From positions 57,662,313-57,726,000 of the forward strand of contig CM052816.1 in NCBI GenBank assembly GCA_028534125.1: a stretch of DNA of 63,688 nt, given 5' to 3'. Of the stretch, positions 39,563 through 52,450 are shown in pieces (position 1 is the stretch's first letter; each line of letters opens with the position of its first letter). The notes under the pieces are model-generated. The model was not told the DNA's origin, did not search any database, and saw nothing but the letters and a program-made list of their open reading frames with translations. The DNA comes from Lama glama (lineage: Eukaryota). A program made the translations under genes and the position numbers.

Positions 39563-40630
39563 TTCTCCTTTGTCACTTTCCCTTTTTTTCTGCATGTCTC
39601 TTCTCTTACTGGGGGCTCTGAAATAGAGCTGTCTTGCTTGCCTTCAATTTCTGGAATTGACTTCAAAGGTGGAAGGCTTATTCAGCTCTATCACATATGT
39701 ATATTCCATTCCTCTTTTCCTCTCTCAAAAATTTCAGCGATTTAGAGAATCATAGTCCTAATGAGTGTCTTCCAAACTGATCAACCATGATTTATCCTTT
39801 GAATAGGTCTCAAAGACATGGCTTTCTAGACTAATTTTAGGTAGGAAAAATTTCCTCCAATATGTATTTAAACACCTTAAAAATGCATTACACTGATGGC
39901 CTAATTAAATGAGTTGTTAATGAATAAGTCTAAGTGATTTGGCTAAAGCAGCATGGCCTGTTGGCTTCCCCTCCCAGACCCATGAACATACAGCCTGTAT
40001 CAGGTGGAGGAAGAGAGAGGCATCTTGAGAAGGCAGTGAGGAAAAAGCTAAAAGTTTGAGGTCTGACCGTCTTCATCATTCTTGCTGAAATGTCAGGGAA
40101 GCAAGTTCTAAGTAGATCCAGGATTCCACCTCCCTCCAGGACAGAGAGCCTGTTAAAAGAAGAGTCAGAACTGGATCCCCACAAGAATTCTGTGCCCTGA
40201 TCCCAGCTCCGTGATGGCAGCATGTTGCTGTCGGGTGGAGCATTCTCTGTGGTTGAAAATTTTCAGAGTTCATTAGTTTTACTTTCTGGCTGATTTCCTT
40301 GATAAGACTTAGGGAAGCTCCTTTCTCCTTTGTAAATTACAGAGAGGATATTCTCCTCTCATCATGGGAATTCCCAACTCTGCTCCCCTCAGGGACTCTC
40401 TCATTTTCTTAAAGGGTTCAGAGGCTTACAACAAAGTTTATTTTCATTCTTCTCAAATTGAAAACAACTATCTGAAGACTAGCATAGCTCAGGACTTATA
40501 AGGAAGGACTGGGAAGGATCACAAAGCAGAGAAATTTAGTCAGGGAGGAAAGAACTAGCATTCTTGCTATGTGCCATGCATATTACTATTAGGTATCTCA
40601 TTTTAATCTTTCCCCAGATCCACAAAGTAG

Positions 40631-41030
40631 TGTATTAGTCAGGATAGACTAGGTAATGCTTCAGTAACAAGCAACCTCCAAATTGTCATGGCTTAAAAAC
40701 ATAAAGAAAACACGAATTTCTCTCTCTCTTCCATTACATGTCTGTTACATGGATGAACAATGGCTTTGACCCAGGTCATCTTAACTTTGGGACCCAGGCC
40801 GACAGGACAGCTATACTGGAAATGTTCCGAGTTGCTGTGGTAGAGGGAAAGAAAATTATGGGCATCATGGACTACTTCTCAAGGATTTCACAAGGAAATG
40901 ACACATCACTTGTGCTCACATTTTGTTGACCAAAGCCAGTCACGTGGCCATGCCTGCATATAAAGGGAATAGGGAAATGCAATCCAACTATGTTCTCAGA
41001 AGGACAGCTAGAAATACTCGCTATCCTGTT
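40631..41030 (-). mobile_element. MLT1 (MLT1H/I-like) solo LTR
   Basis: tgtattagtcaggatagactagg...gtaacaa...tggcttaaaa, ttgaccaaagccagtcacgtggcca, gggaaatgcaatcc. Confidence 0.85.
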
Positions 41031-43139
41031 CTTATAGTTGAAAATAGGGAGGTTTTGTAAAGTTAGTAGGTGGGGGAGCTGGGACTCTGACTTTGTGTCC
41101 TGAGCTCTTTGCCCTTTTATAGTGGGTGTATTCTACAAGCACGTTACATACGTGGTGCTGTGCTGTGCCTTCTCTCCAAATTCTGTGATGGGCTAAAACA
41201 TCTTTGAGGCTTAAGCAGGTATGCAGATACATCTCAGTGTGGACGGGGTTAAATCCAAATCCAAGTCATCACAGCTTAGCCTTTATTTCACATATTTCTG
41301 TTCTCTTTAAAGGTCTTCAACACATTCAGTGTGGAAATCATTATGTAATAGAAATTTCATCTTTGAACACATGCCAGATTTTTCTTTCTAATCATAGTCT
41401 CAAGTACTGCAGGTTCCCCTGATTGTTACTTTTATTTGTTGAGTAATGAGAAAAAGGCCACTCTGCCCTTATTGTTAAGGCTGCTGCCTGGTGGACGTTC
41501 AAGATCCAGAGAAAAGGATGCCCTCACTTTCCTCCATTGCCTTCAGGACAGCCTCCAGAAAAAATTCCTTGCTCAGAGGAACAATAAAATAGCAAGGCTG
41601 ATTCCATCAGCTCTTAGAAAATCAGTCCTGATATTTCATCTCCCTGGAGCTCAGAGGAAGTGCCATGTCACGTCTGTTCTTCTCAGACTTTTCTAATCCA
41701 AGTGCCCCTAAAGGGAAAGAAAAATCTGGAAAAGAAATCCTAAGTGATCTGCCATAGGTGGACTTTCAGGCTTTAACCTGTTCTGGTTTTTGCCTTCTGC
41801 TCCATAACACATCCATATTTATTTGCATTTAAAATGTTTTAAGTTACTCACCACTAAAGTTGATAGGCCAGGAAGATATGCAACTTAATTCTATGCTTTT
41901 CTCCACCCTTGGGAGCTTGACTTTAAGCCTTCTCAATCCCTTAACAACAATGTGCTTATCACCTGTAAGTGGGTCGCAGGGCGACAGGGATAAGGGTTAC
42001 TGTCAGGTTGGGGATTTGGTAGGTTCCCCCTGGTAGCTAGGGTACCTCAGGCTCAGGAGAGAAAAAGATGAGGAAGAGGAGGGATAGGGGTAGGGAAGAA
42101 GGGAGAAGAGAAACATGAAATGGTATCTGGAAATAAGGAGGAGCTAGCACAGCCAAGGGAGAGCCCCAAATATGGCCTTAAAAAGCACATGGAAAGAACT
42201 CAGGCTAATTTAATGATCACAACAGTTGTTAAATAACTACACTTTTTATTGGTCATATTTTCTTTATCCATTAAAAAAGACACTTTGTCCAAAGCACAAC
42301 TAGTTGTAGCCTTAAGCAAATTGTTTAACCTTGCTGGTTTACCAGCTGTAAAGCATGAACTCTAATGCTGCTCAGCTTAATGGAGTATAAAGTTTGCAAA
42401 ACTCTTTGAAGGCAGAGAGTGCAATTTAAGTATTATATATTATTAAACAAAATACCTCTTTAGGAAAGGAACTCTCCATTAGTGTTACATTAACCTAAAC
42501 CAGTAGTCAACACCCGAGAGAACTGGTTGTCAAAATTTTTATGACAGAAGGGATCCCAGCATCCATCATTTAAAATGGAAAATAAAAGAACAGAGAAACA
42601 AGCCCAGGCAGTATCGAATGGAATGCACTATTAAGGTATTGGCTTGGTTCAGAGAGAGATTCCTGAGCTAAAGAAGGCTTCATTTACTGGAATGGAAAAA
42701 TATAGGGCCAGGAAATTGCTCAGAGGTCTCCTGTCTTTTCCTGTGCACATGGAGAGGCACTATGTGTTGGCTACTGTTTTGGATCAGAATCTCAATTTTA
42801 GAAATAGCCTGAGTTGTGTCCTTGGAAAGGGAGAGGGTTCTGTGGTATATTTGTGTTTGGTGGGGACGGAGGAGGGGGAGGTGGGGAGGATGTTGGGAGG
42901 AGCCATTAAGAGGCTCTCTGGACTAGATTGCTTCCTTGGGCCTCACAGACAGTTACCAGAAGTGAGCCGGGATATTGGGCAGCTGGCCTGGGCTTAGGGA
43001 GCCTCCAAGTCTCCTGAACTAGCTTCAAGGTATAACCAAGCTTGCCCTGCTGACAACACAGGCCAGTTCTGCATGGTCAAGCTGGATGGCTGGTTTCAAG
43101 CCTGCCTGTTTTTCAGGGGCATGGACTGAGCCTTAGTCC

Positions 43140-43918
43140 CTCATTCAACAGACATTTATCAGGCAACAACCTCCTGGCAGACACTGTTTTAGGCACTGGG
43201 AATATACCAGACCCTGTGCTCATGGAGCCTGCATTCTAGTAGAGGGAAGTGGACAATGAATAAAAATAAAATAGTTATATAGTATGTTAGAAGACCTGGA
43301 GAAAAATAAAACAGGGACGGAGAGAGAATAGGGAGTACTGGGGTTGGGGAGGGTTAGGGTGGTCTCACTGAAAAGGTGATATTGAATGAAAACTTGAAGG
43401 AAGCAAAAGAGAAAGTCATGTAGGTATCTGGGGGAAGAGCTGTCCAGGCAGAAAGGCCAGCAGGTACAAATGTCCTGAAATGGGAGAATGCCTGGTATGT
43501 GCGAGAAACAACCAGAGGTCATTGGGGTTGGAGTGGAGTAAGCAAGGGAGAGTGTGGTAGGGTAGGAGGCCAGAGGGTAACTACATTATGGAGAGCCTTG
43601 TAGGGCATGGGGGGTACTTTGGCTTTTCTCTAAAACAGAAGATTATTGAAGGGTTTTAGGCAGGGGAGTGATGAGATCTGACTTATAGTTCAATAGAATC
43701 AGTTTGACTGTTACGTTGAATTAGCTATAGGGAGTCAAGGGTAGAAGTAAGAGAAAGAGTTAGGAGGCCATTAGAAGGTGATTTTCGATCTATTTTAGAG
43801 TAAAGGCCAAAGTCCCTGGAAGAAACTTGTGGCATGGATCCCAGCAGGGACAGTGGAGGGGGTGAGAAGTGGTTGGATTCTGGATAGACACTGAAAACAG
43901 AGCCCAGAGAATCTGCTA
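43140..43918 (-). mobile_element. L2 (L2a-like) 3' region
   Basis: tcattcaacagacatttat...actgttttaggcactggg...catggagcctgcattctagt...gatctgactta...gagaagtggttggattctggata. Confidence 0.9.
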
Positions 43919-44069
43919 GTTCTTAACTGGGTTACTCTGGTGATCTGTCAGGAGCATGGTCATGAGGTGTGAAGGAATGGTGATGAGGGTGTTCCCTCTC
44001 CACTCAAGGGTAGTCAGGAAAGAAGAGGCAGCAATCTTGTTGGTACAACCACCTCACCTTTCTTCCTTT

Positions 44070-44870
44070 GTCCTTCCTGTTAATTGAGGGCCTATTATAT
44101 GCCAGGCTCCATGCTGGGTTACAATAGTAAATGTGAACTAGTGAGCTCGCTGCTATTATGGAGCAAACGGTCTTTAAAGGGAGTCAGACAGTATGTGAAG
44201 AATCACACAAATCAATGAAAACGACCATTCTGACGTGCACTGAGTCTTGAAATTAGTGTATCTGCCCTGGTCGGGAAGCGCTGAGGAAGGGACACTTTGA
44301 ACTGGGTCTGAATAAATATGTATCAATCAAGACAAAGGGAGGAGGAGGGAGGGGAAGAGTGTTTCAGGCAATGGGAATGGCATGTACAGAGGTTCTGAAG
44401 GGAGGGGGAGCATGGTAGGGATGAGGAACTGAGAGAAGGCCAATATGAGTAAAATTCAGAGAGCTCGGGGAGCACGGGTGAGATGCAGCTGGAGAAATGG
44501 ATGAGGGTCAGACCACGCTGAGCATGAAGGCCACGTTCAGATTTTGAATTTTATTCTGGAACAAACGGGAAGCTCTTGGAGGCAGGCCTTCAAGGAGGGG
44601 AATGACCAGACATGCTTGTTGAGAAGCTCACTACACTGCTTCATGGAGAGTGGACTGCGAGAGTGGAAAACAAACAGTGTGAAAGACCAGTTATGAGACA
44701 AACGCCGCGGCTCAGGTGAGATCGTGGTTGTTTGGACCAGGCAGTTGGTCTTGGAGATCTCGATGAGGATATATGTAGAGATCTGAGAGGTATTAACAAA
44801 GTAGAACTTGCTTTTGTATTGGCCACGAGGGTTGATGGAGGGAGAGTGCAAGAATAATTTCTAGTTAAAA
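44070..44870 (-). mobile_element. L2 3' region (second copy)
   Basis: attgagggcctattatatgccagg...aagagtgtttcaggca...ggaactgagagaaggcca...ttttgaattttattct. Confidence 0.85.
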
Positions 44871-45128
44871 TACTTGCACATGTAGAGGTAAGGCTCTCCA
44901 ACTTGTAGAACTCACCTATGTTATATTAGATGCAGCCACGGGGAATTTAGAAATTTTACTTTTCTACAAGTATTTAAAAATAAGATTTACTATAGGATAG
45001 TTGAGTCAGCTTCCAACCTTAACTGTCAAACAGGTGGGGTAGATGACCTGCCCTGGCCCGCTCCAGCCTTGGGGCCTGGTTGTGCAATGAAGTGATGGAA
45101 TCCTGCAATGAGTACATGGTCTCTCAAC

Positions 45129-45450
45129 CAGCATTGTCCAATAGAAATGGAATAGAATTGCAAGCCACAAATGTAATTTTATATTTTCCAGTGGGTATAT
45201 TCAAAAAGTACAAAGAAATAGGTGGAACTCAATTTGAACAATCTATTTTATTTACCCCAATAAATTGGACATGTTATTTCAATATGTAATGAACAGAATA
45301 CTTATTAATGAGCTATTTTACCTTTTCTTCACTGAATTTTTGAAATCCAGTGTGTATTTTGCATGTGCAGCATGTCACCATTCAGATTAGTCCTATTTTA
45401 TGTGCTCAAAAGCTACACGTGGCTGATGAGCACTGAATTGGACAGCACGG
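45129..45450 (+). mobile_element. Full-length MER33 hAT-Charlie element with 8-bp TSD
   Basis: Termini cagcattgtccaat ... attggacagcacgg; 322 bp; flanks ctctcaac (45121-45128) and ctctaaac (45451-45458) match 7/8. Confidence 0.9.
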
Positions 45451-45579
45451 CTCTAAACCATCAAAGCAGCCACACAGACCTTAAATCCATGCCCAAAGCA
45501 CTGGAAATAGAGGCCCTTCTATAATAATTTAAAAACAAAATAAATAATGTGTTAAATAGAGCCTTTTAAATTTTAAAAT

Positions 45580-45710
45580 CGAATACTTTGTCGTTAATTA
45601 GCTGCGTGAATTTGAGGAAGTCAGTTTACTGCTCTGTGCCTCGGTTTCCAATAAGGAAGTGTGGTGGGGCTGGATAATGTGTAACGACTTTTTCAGTCTT
45701 AACAATCACT
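45580..45710 (+). mobile_element. MIR fragment
   Basis: tagctgcgtgaatttgaggaagtcagtttactgctctgtgcctcggtttcc. Confidence 0.75.
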
Positions 45711-45904
45711 GACTCCGGGTTAAGGAAGTCTAAACAGTTTTTCCTTCTCTTTATCTTAATTATCGGAGCTCCCGAAGAGATCTTTCCTTCCAACCTTCTA
45801 AACCCTTCTATGATATCTGAAAGGTGGAAAATTGACTAGTTCACTAGTAAACTGACAAAATTCCAGGAATGTTTATCATTCCAAGGGAAAAAAGGTTGGA
45901 TTTT

Positions 45905-46232
45905 CTAAGGAAATTTGAATACTGACTGGATATTTAATCATTAAGGAAACTATTGATCCTTTTTTTTTAGCTATTATGTATAGTATTGTGGCTGTGTTTT
46001 AAGGAAAAAAAGCTTATGTTTAAGAGATACATCCTGAAATAGGCATAGATAGAATAATATGATGTCATGGAACTACTTCAAAATCAAGCTAGGTGGGAGG
46101 CAGGGGAGTGGGTGGGTATAGATGAAATAAGCTTGGGCATGATTGAAACTTGGTTTGAGACACAGGGATTTGTTATACTGTTCTCTCCAGCTTTATAGTT
46201 GGAATTTTTCCATAATAAAATTTTTTTTAAAA
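45905..46232 (+). mobile_element. L1MC-like 3' end
   Basis: ggaaatttgaatactgactggatattt, agagatacatcctgaaat, tatactgttctct...ggaatttttccataataaaa. Confidence 0.8.
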
Positions 46233-48539
46233 ACTTAGATTTTCAGAATTTCTTAAGTTCTATACTGCTAGGATTTTCAAATGTTCCCCTTAAATACTGT
46301 GTATCCTTTACGGTACAGGTGTAAAAGCCTACTTCAGCTTTGAGAACACACCATTCTTATTTAATACTGTAGCAGAACGAAGCCCCAGGCACAAAATTCC
46401 CATCATACTTTAAATGTCTGGTGGTTTTAGTGGTAACATGACCTTGCCCTCTTGTCCTTCCCTTTGGTACAGGTTTAGGATCAATATTTACAAGCAAAAG
46501 ACTGTGCCCTCTCTGTGTCAAGGAGAGTCCCAGTCTCTGCCACAGCCGCACAGGAGCCCAGGGAACATGGTGATATAAACACAGACAAAGCGCGTTTCAA
46601 ACCCAAAACAATGCAGGTACTCAAACTATAGGCACAAAGACTGTTACTTCTTGCTGACACTGACATCATGGAGGCTGTATGCTTTACGCTACAGAGGTGG
46701 GGAAGGGCAGAGGAACAAGTCAGAGGAAATGTGACCTTAAAGGACAGGAGGCCCAGCACCTGGGACCCACAAGGGGATATGTGAGTGTAGGTCACTTGTC
46801 ATTGTCTAAATTTTTGGTGTGATGCCCTCTTTAAGTTCAGTAAGAGATTTCTGACCCCTTCCTCTCTACCTTGCCCTCTTGAATATCATGATGGTTGATG
46901 AGGCTGGAGTCTACCTCCAAGTTTCTGCCCAAGGCATTGTGAGAAGCTGAATAGTAAATTGAGAACACAGGACCATCTTGCAAGGTCAATACCTTCAGGT
47001 TCCCTTTCTTGACAAACTGCATCTTCTGGCTTGCAAGCCTTTGGGTATTTGACTTCTCACCAAGAATTACAGAGCTGGCACTCATTTTCACTCCCAAAGA
47101 AGATCATTGCTAATGTCTACATAAAGCAGTGTCTACAAAGAAAGAGAACAGGTCTCAGTCTGAGAATGTTTTCCTCTTGCATTTTCATTAGCCAAAGTAG
47201 TATTGAGTTTAGGGTACCAACATATGGCATGAATGTTAATTTTAAGGAAAATCTGGCAGATTTAACATGTTGAACCGTGCTACTTTCTACACATTTGTAC
47301 TTGGCTTCAGTGCTGGCAATACAGTGCCAGATTTTCTTAAATGTCAGGCATTTTAAGAAGTGATTTCTCCGAATTTAAAATTACACATGCACAAAATAAA
47401 TGAAAGTGCTACTGTGATGTTTTTAAATAAAATAAATTTGACCCCTTGGGCAAAATGAGGCAACAACTGACCAGAGGTTGTGATAGACCGTGGGTTGACT
47501 ATCGAACATCAGCAGAGTGCTGTTTTAACTCCCACACGATATACTGTAATCCACAGTGCATTATTCAGATGATAATCTGCAAAGATGCAAAGAATATCCA
47601 AATCTTTAGGTAGAAGGAGACTTGACAGTTCTCTCCGAGGATTCTTCCTATCTGTTGACAGAACTATGCTACCTAAATCACATGAGCGGGTGAGAACTAC
47701 TAGTGGAAAAAATTCCCCCTGTGTCTCAGCGTACTCCAGCATTCAGCAGTTCTCAGGGTCAGAATAGGCTGATACTAAAATATGCTGAGCCTGCAACTCT
47801 AGAGTTGTTCTCATTAAGTTTCCCTTGACCACTTTGGTTTATCAAGTTCACCCCAAGTTCAGACTGACTCTCTCAAGTCTGTTGAATCATTGACATCCAC
47901 GTACCCTTGAGGGTCCTTTTCTAGGTCATTGTCCATATCATAGATAAAGTGCTTTTGTCAAGATTGCTCTGCCTTTGCTTGTAAGTCTCAGTCCAGATTT
48001 CCAATTGTTTGCATATCCCTATAACAAAGAGAGACCGAATGGTGTACTTCCCAATCCATTGTTAAAACAGCGCAGTGGGAGGAGGAAATTGGGAGTGACA
48101 CAAACCCTTACAGGGACCAGTATAGAGTCATGGTCATCCAGTGGGAACGTGATATATGAAATGATGTACTGAGATTTCAGACACTTGGGCTCTAGAACTT
48201 TAAAACTCTCATATCCTCCCTGTGCCTCTGTCAGATGGAAACATTAATAAAATTTGGACAAGATAATGCCTGAAACCCTCTCCCATGATTAAAACATTCT
48301 ACAATTAATTCTTTACATCTCATAGGATTTTTTTGTGGGGACTAAATGTAATAATGGGTATGAAAGCTTTTGAGAAAATTGAGAATTATCTCAGTATAAG
48401 TCACCACAAAATCACAAAATAATTCTTTCAATAAACCTGGAATTGTTTTTTATTCCTATTACAATGTTGGACCAAGCTTAGGAGCTTATTTAATTTTAAG
48501 TGGAAAATGAAAGGCTCCATAGAAGGTAAAAAGATACAT

Positions 48540-48940
48540 TTAAAGAAATGGGTAATTTAAGAATAAATTAGGTTGACCTTTCCAGAAATCAATTTAGCAA
48601 TATGTATTAAGACCTGAAAATTCATATGCTTTGACTCAGTAATTCTATTTCTGGAGAATCTAATCTAAGAAAATGATAGGCGTTCAACCAAGATTTATGC
48701 ACGAAGTTGTCTGCTGCAGAGTTAATTGTATATTGCATAGGGGTATCTAATAAATAATCAGTGTTGTAAAAGAAAATATATTCATCCACAGAAAAAGACT
48801 TTAAAGAAACAAACTAAAATATTAACACAGTTACTCTTGGTGGTGATATTATTGATTATTTTCATTTTCTTCTTTAAACATTTCAGTATTAAATTTTTAA
48901 ATGGTATGAATTTATATTATTTAAAGGTCATTAAAAATAA
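48540..48940 (+). mobile_element. Old L1 3' fragments
   Basis: caatttagcaatatgtattaaga...tttgactcagtaattctatttctgg; aaaatattaacacagttactct. Confidence 0.65.
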
Positions 48941-50159
48941 ATTGTGTAGCATTGCTTATCTTAATCTAATTCTGGTGCCAACTCATTTTGTCTTTTAACC
49001 CGTCTTGATCAATAGCCAGCTTATCTCAACTTCTTTCACGACTTTCTTCTTGTTCTGCTAACCATGACACTGTGTGGGCTTTGTATTATTTATGCCTGTC
49101 ATTTGCCAGTAGCTTAGACAGCACCGAGAGGGCTGAGTCACCTATCAATTTTGTGGTGCTCTTTCCTTCTTTGAATATCCCACACACTGTTCATGTGAAG
49201 TTCAGAAAACATGAATTCTAGAATAAGATATGCCAAGGGACACTCTTAAGTGTGGCTTGCTTGATTCTCCCTAAGAAGTTCTAAGTAGCATTCTCCACTC
49301 ATGCTGAATTTTCCATCAATTTCTACAGAGTAGCTGAAACTCAAAGGTTTTAGAAATTATAGGCAATTCCCTAAACTCTAAACTGAATTTGCTCATATTT
49401 TTGTTATTATTAAATGGATCAAAATGAACTACCTCTTACCAGGCGAGACCTTCAGGAGAAAGGTGCTTAGTTCTGTCTTAAGTTATCCTCACCATTTCTT
49501 CAACCAGCACAAATGAAGATGGAAACTTGTAAGGGGCCATTTCTCAAATGTCCTATTAAATGATATTATAAAATGTATCATTTTTATAAGAAAGCCAGAG
49601 AAGGTTAATGATCTAACAGAATCAGCCTGTTGGTGATAATGGAGAAAGAGAGAGCAAACTCCATAGAGCAACTGAGAACAGTCAAAATCAAGACATTTCC
49701 AACCACTCAAAGTCAACAAGCTCCGAAGAACATAACATAGGTTATGGGAAAGCACTTAAAAGAACTATTTCTTTTGCTAACCCTTCCATGGAAATATTCC
49801 TTACCCAGAATTTTCTAGATTCGGTCTTATAGCATTCAGAGACTCAGAACAGGCCCATCAGTATCCTAATTGGCTTTTTCTCACTACCTCATCAATTTGT
49901 CATACAATTCTTATTCAATTTAGATCCAGCTATTTCTGCACACTTTTATATTGATTTAGAAAACATCCTTCACACTGGTTTCAGTCTCTATTCATGAATT
50001 ATCATTTGCATTAGGATGAGTGTGTTTCATGAATGGATTTTTCTCCTGTGTGATTTTGCCTTAGGTGAGACTCAGACCTTATCTCCAATATCCTTCTCTC
50101 TAGTCATCCAAAATGTCTCAGGCAGGTTTATCGAGAGAGATTACATACACCCATGTGTG

Positions 50160-50184
50160 CACACACACACACACACACACACAC
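50160..50184. repeat. (CA)12 microsatellite
   Basis: Read directly. Confidence 0.95.
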
Positions 50185-50269
50185 TATTTAAATATGCCAG
50201 CTATAATCCTATATGTTTTGTCTAGACATTTCCATTATTGATGATTCCATAAGAGCTGGATATCTGATG

Positions 50270-50560
50270 TTACTTGAAACTAGCCCCCAAAAAGTTTTTT
50301 AATTTGTCTTTAGAATTGTTCTTGTGCATTGCCTTTTGATGGTGTTTGCCCAGTTTTCCAATGTAAGTAGTCACTTTTGTGATTGATTTGTAGAAGATCT
50401 TATATAATACTAGTTCCATGTCCTGTGTTGCAAATATTTTTCCAGTTTGCAATTTCCTTTTTAATTCTATATGATTTTTGACATACAGGAATTTTTCCCC
50501 AATGTAATTGAGCTATTCCACCTCTCTAGTTTCTAACTTTTAGCCAAGAGTTTTGAAAGG
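50270..50560 (-). mobile_element. Old L1 ORF2 fragment
   Basis: tttgcccagttttc, ttgatttgtagaagatctt, tgttgcaaatatttttcc. Confidence 0.6.
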
Positions 50561-51059
50561 TCACAGGTTTGAGGCAAAGACCCATGAGAGCTGTCTCACA
50601 CCACGTTCCCTACCACATCGTTGAAACAAGTTGGCTATTTAGTCTAGAAGAAAGGGTTGGATTTACACTTATCCTGAGAATAAAGAGCCCCTTTTGAAAC
50701 TAGAAGAATAGAAGTAGGAGGAAGTTCTCTTGGGAGGAAGGCAGTGTGGGGAGGGATGGCAATGACACGTGTGCATTTATAAGAGTCATTTATGTGAATA
50801 GAAATTGGATGACTACTCTCTAACCTTTTCCAAGTTCTTGAGCTTTGGGATGATTTCAGGGGATTTTGGGGGGGTGTCACTTCCTCCCCAGATTTGGACA
50901 ATCTGAATGATTCAGTGGTCCAGGGTCCCCTGGGGGCAGGGGAACCCTTTCAGTGGCCAGCAGTGTGGTAACGAGGTGAAGGCTGCTGCCTCACCGCAAC
51001 TCTGACCAGTTCCCTGACACACGCCACCACGCCACCTTGGCAGAGTTTCACCCTCTGCA

Positions 51060-51230
51060 AGGATCTTTCACGTACTCTACCTTGTTTGACTATCTTATCA
51101 ACTATGTCAAGCAAGTAGCATATACCACGGTTTCCTATCCTTATTTTTACAGATTAGAAGTAAACAGAATTTGAAGTTGAACTGAATTTTCAAACTCACT
51201 CAGTGATTGAGTTATGAAGTAAGGTGAGGT
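51060..51230 (-). mobile_element. MIR fragment
   Basis: ctttcacgtac...tttga...ttatcaac...tatccttatttttacagat. Confidence 0.55.
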
Positions 51231-51249
51231 GTGCAGTCCACTCCCAAGG

Positions 51250-51450
51250 GGCAGCATGGCCAATTGAAAGACGTAGAGGCAAAGAAATTGGGCATGTCTG
51301 AGTCAAAGGCCAGCTCAGTCACTTATTTGCTCTCTGACCTCAGGCAAATGACTTGCCTTCTGAGCCTGTATTCCTCATCTCTAAAATGGAATAATGGTGC
51401 CTGTCTTGCAGGATTGATCTGGGAATTAAATGATATAGTGCTCTATATTC
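51250..51450 (+). mobile_element. MIR SINE
   Basis: gtcacttatttgctctctgacctcaggcaaatgactt...ctgagcctgtattcctcatctctaaaatggaataat. Confidence 0.85.
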
Positions 51451-51918
51451 TTCGGTTCTTCTCTTGTTGGTATTGTGTTTTGGGGGCCTCTATGAAACCT
51501 GTTTGGAAGGAGTGGTATATAGACATTCTGAGGACACAAGGAGCATGAAGAGCCTCTGCCCAGAGTCTGGCACTGAGTGGATGCTGCAAAGCCCAGCTCC
51601 TCCCCCACCATTCCAGCTTACAAGCTCCTGAGAGCTAAGATGCACATGGAGGCTTTCCTCTCTGTAGGGTCCTTGTTAGCTAATAATTCCATTCATCCAA
51701 AAGCCCTTTCCCATCATAACATTTAGAGTCTTGCTGCCACTAAAGAATATGACTCATTTAAAAAAACACAATTATTTGCTCAGTAGGTCATTGTATAAGT
51801 AGGCTCAATGAGTGTTTGCCATAGCTCATATGTAAATGTAGAAGATCTTGAAAGAGGATTATTGAAGTAAAAGAGCTCAGCATCAGGCCTCGAGAGAGCT
51901 TAGCATCATGACTAAGAG

Positions 51919-52287
51919 CGGGAGCAAGCAAACTACAGCTCGAGGGCCAAGTCCAGCAGCCACTTGTTTTTGTAAATGAAGGGTTCATGTTTCTGTTTTT
52001 TTCAAATATACATTAGCTTTTAAAATTAAATTTAATTTAACCGTTTTTAATTTAATTTTTAAATTTTTTTCTTCCAGTTCTCTTTCTCTTTCTCTCCCCC
52101 TATAAATATATATGTATCTTCAAGAAAGTCTTATTGGAACACAGTCACTCCCATTTGTCCACATGGTGACTGTAGCGGCCTTTGTTACAACAGCAGGGTA
52201 GAATGTTTGCAATGGACATAGTAGGCTTCACAAAGCCAAACATAGTTACTCTCTGAATCTTTTTCCATGAAAGTTTGCCAACCACTG
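51919..52287 (+). mobile_element. MER58A hAT-Charlie element with internal insertion and 8-bp TSD
   Basis: gcaaactacagctcgagggccaa...tgtttttgtaaat | aaagtcttattggaacacag...aaagtttgccaaccactg; flanks actaagag (51911-51918) and gctaacag (52288-52295) match 6/8. Confidence 0.88.
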
Positions 52288-52295
52288 GCTAACAG

Positions 52296-52450
52296 TTACT
52301 ACCTCCAGGTCATGTGACCTCAGACAAATCATTCATATTCATTATGTCTCAAATTCCTTATCTATAAAATAAGGATAATAATAGTAGTGATTGAACAGGT
52401 AATCCATGTTAAGCCTTGCATATGGTGAGTCCTCAGTTAACACTAGCTTT
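52296..52450 (+). mobile_element. MIR 3' part (interrupted by MER58A)
   Basis: tgtgacctcagacaaatcatt...ttccttatctataaaataaggataataatagta. Confidence 0.8.

Noticed and set aside
50950..51045. CTCF-like motifs
   Set aside because: Several mismatches in the core consensus.
51060..51450. Inverted MIR pair as a potential dsRNA hairpin
   Set aside because: Copies are too diverged for stable pairing.
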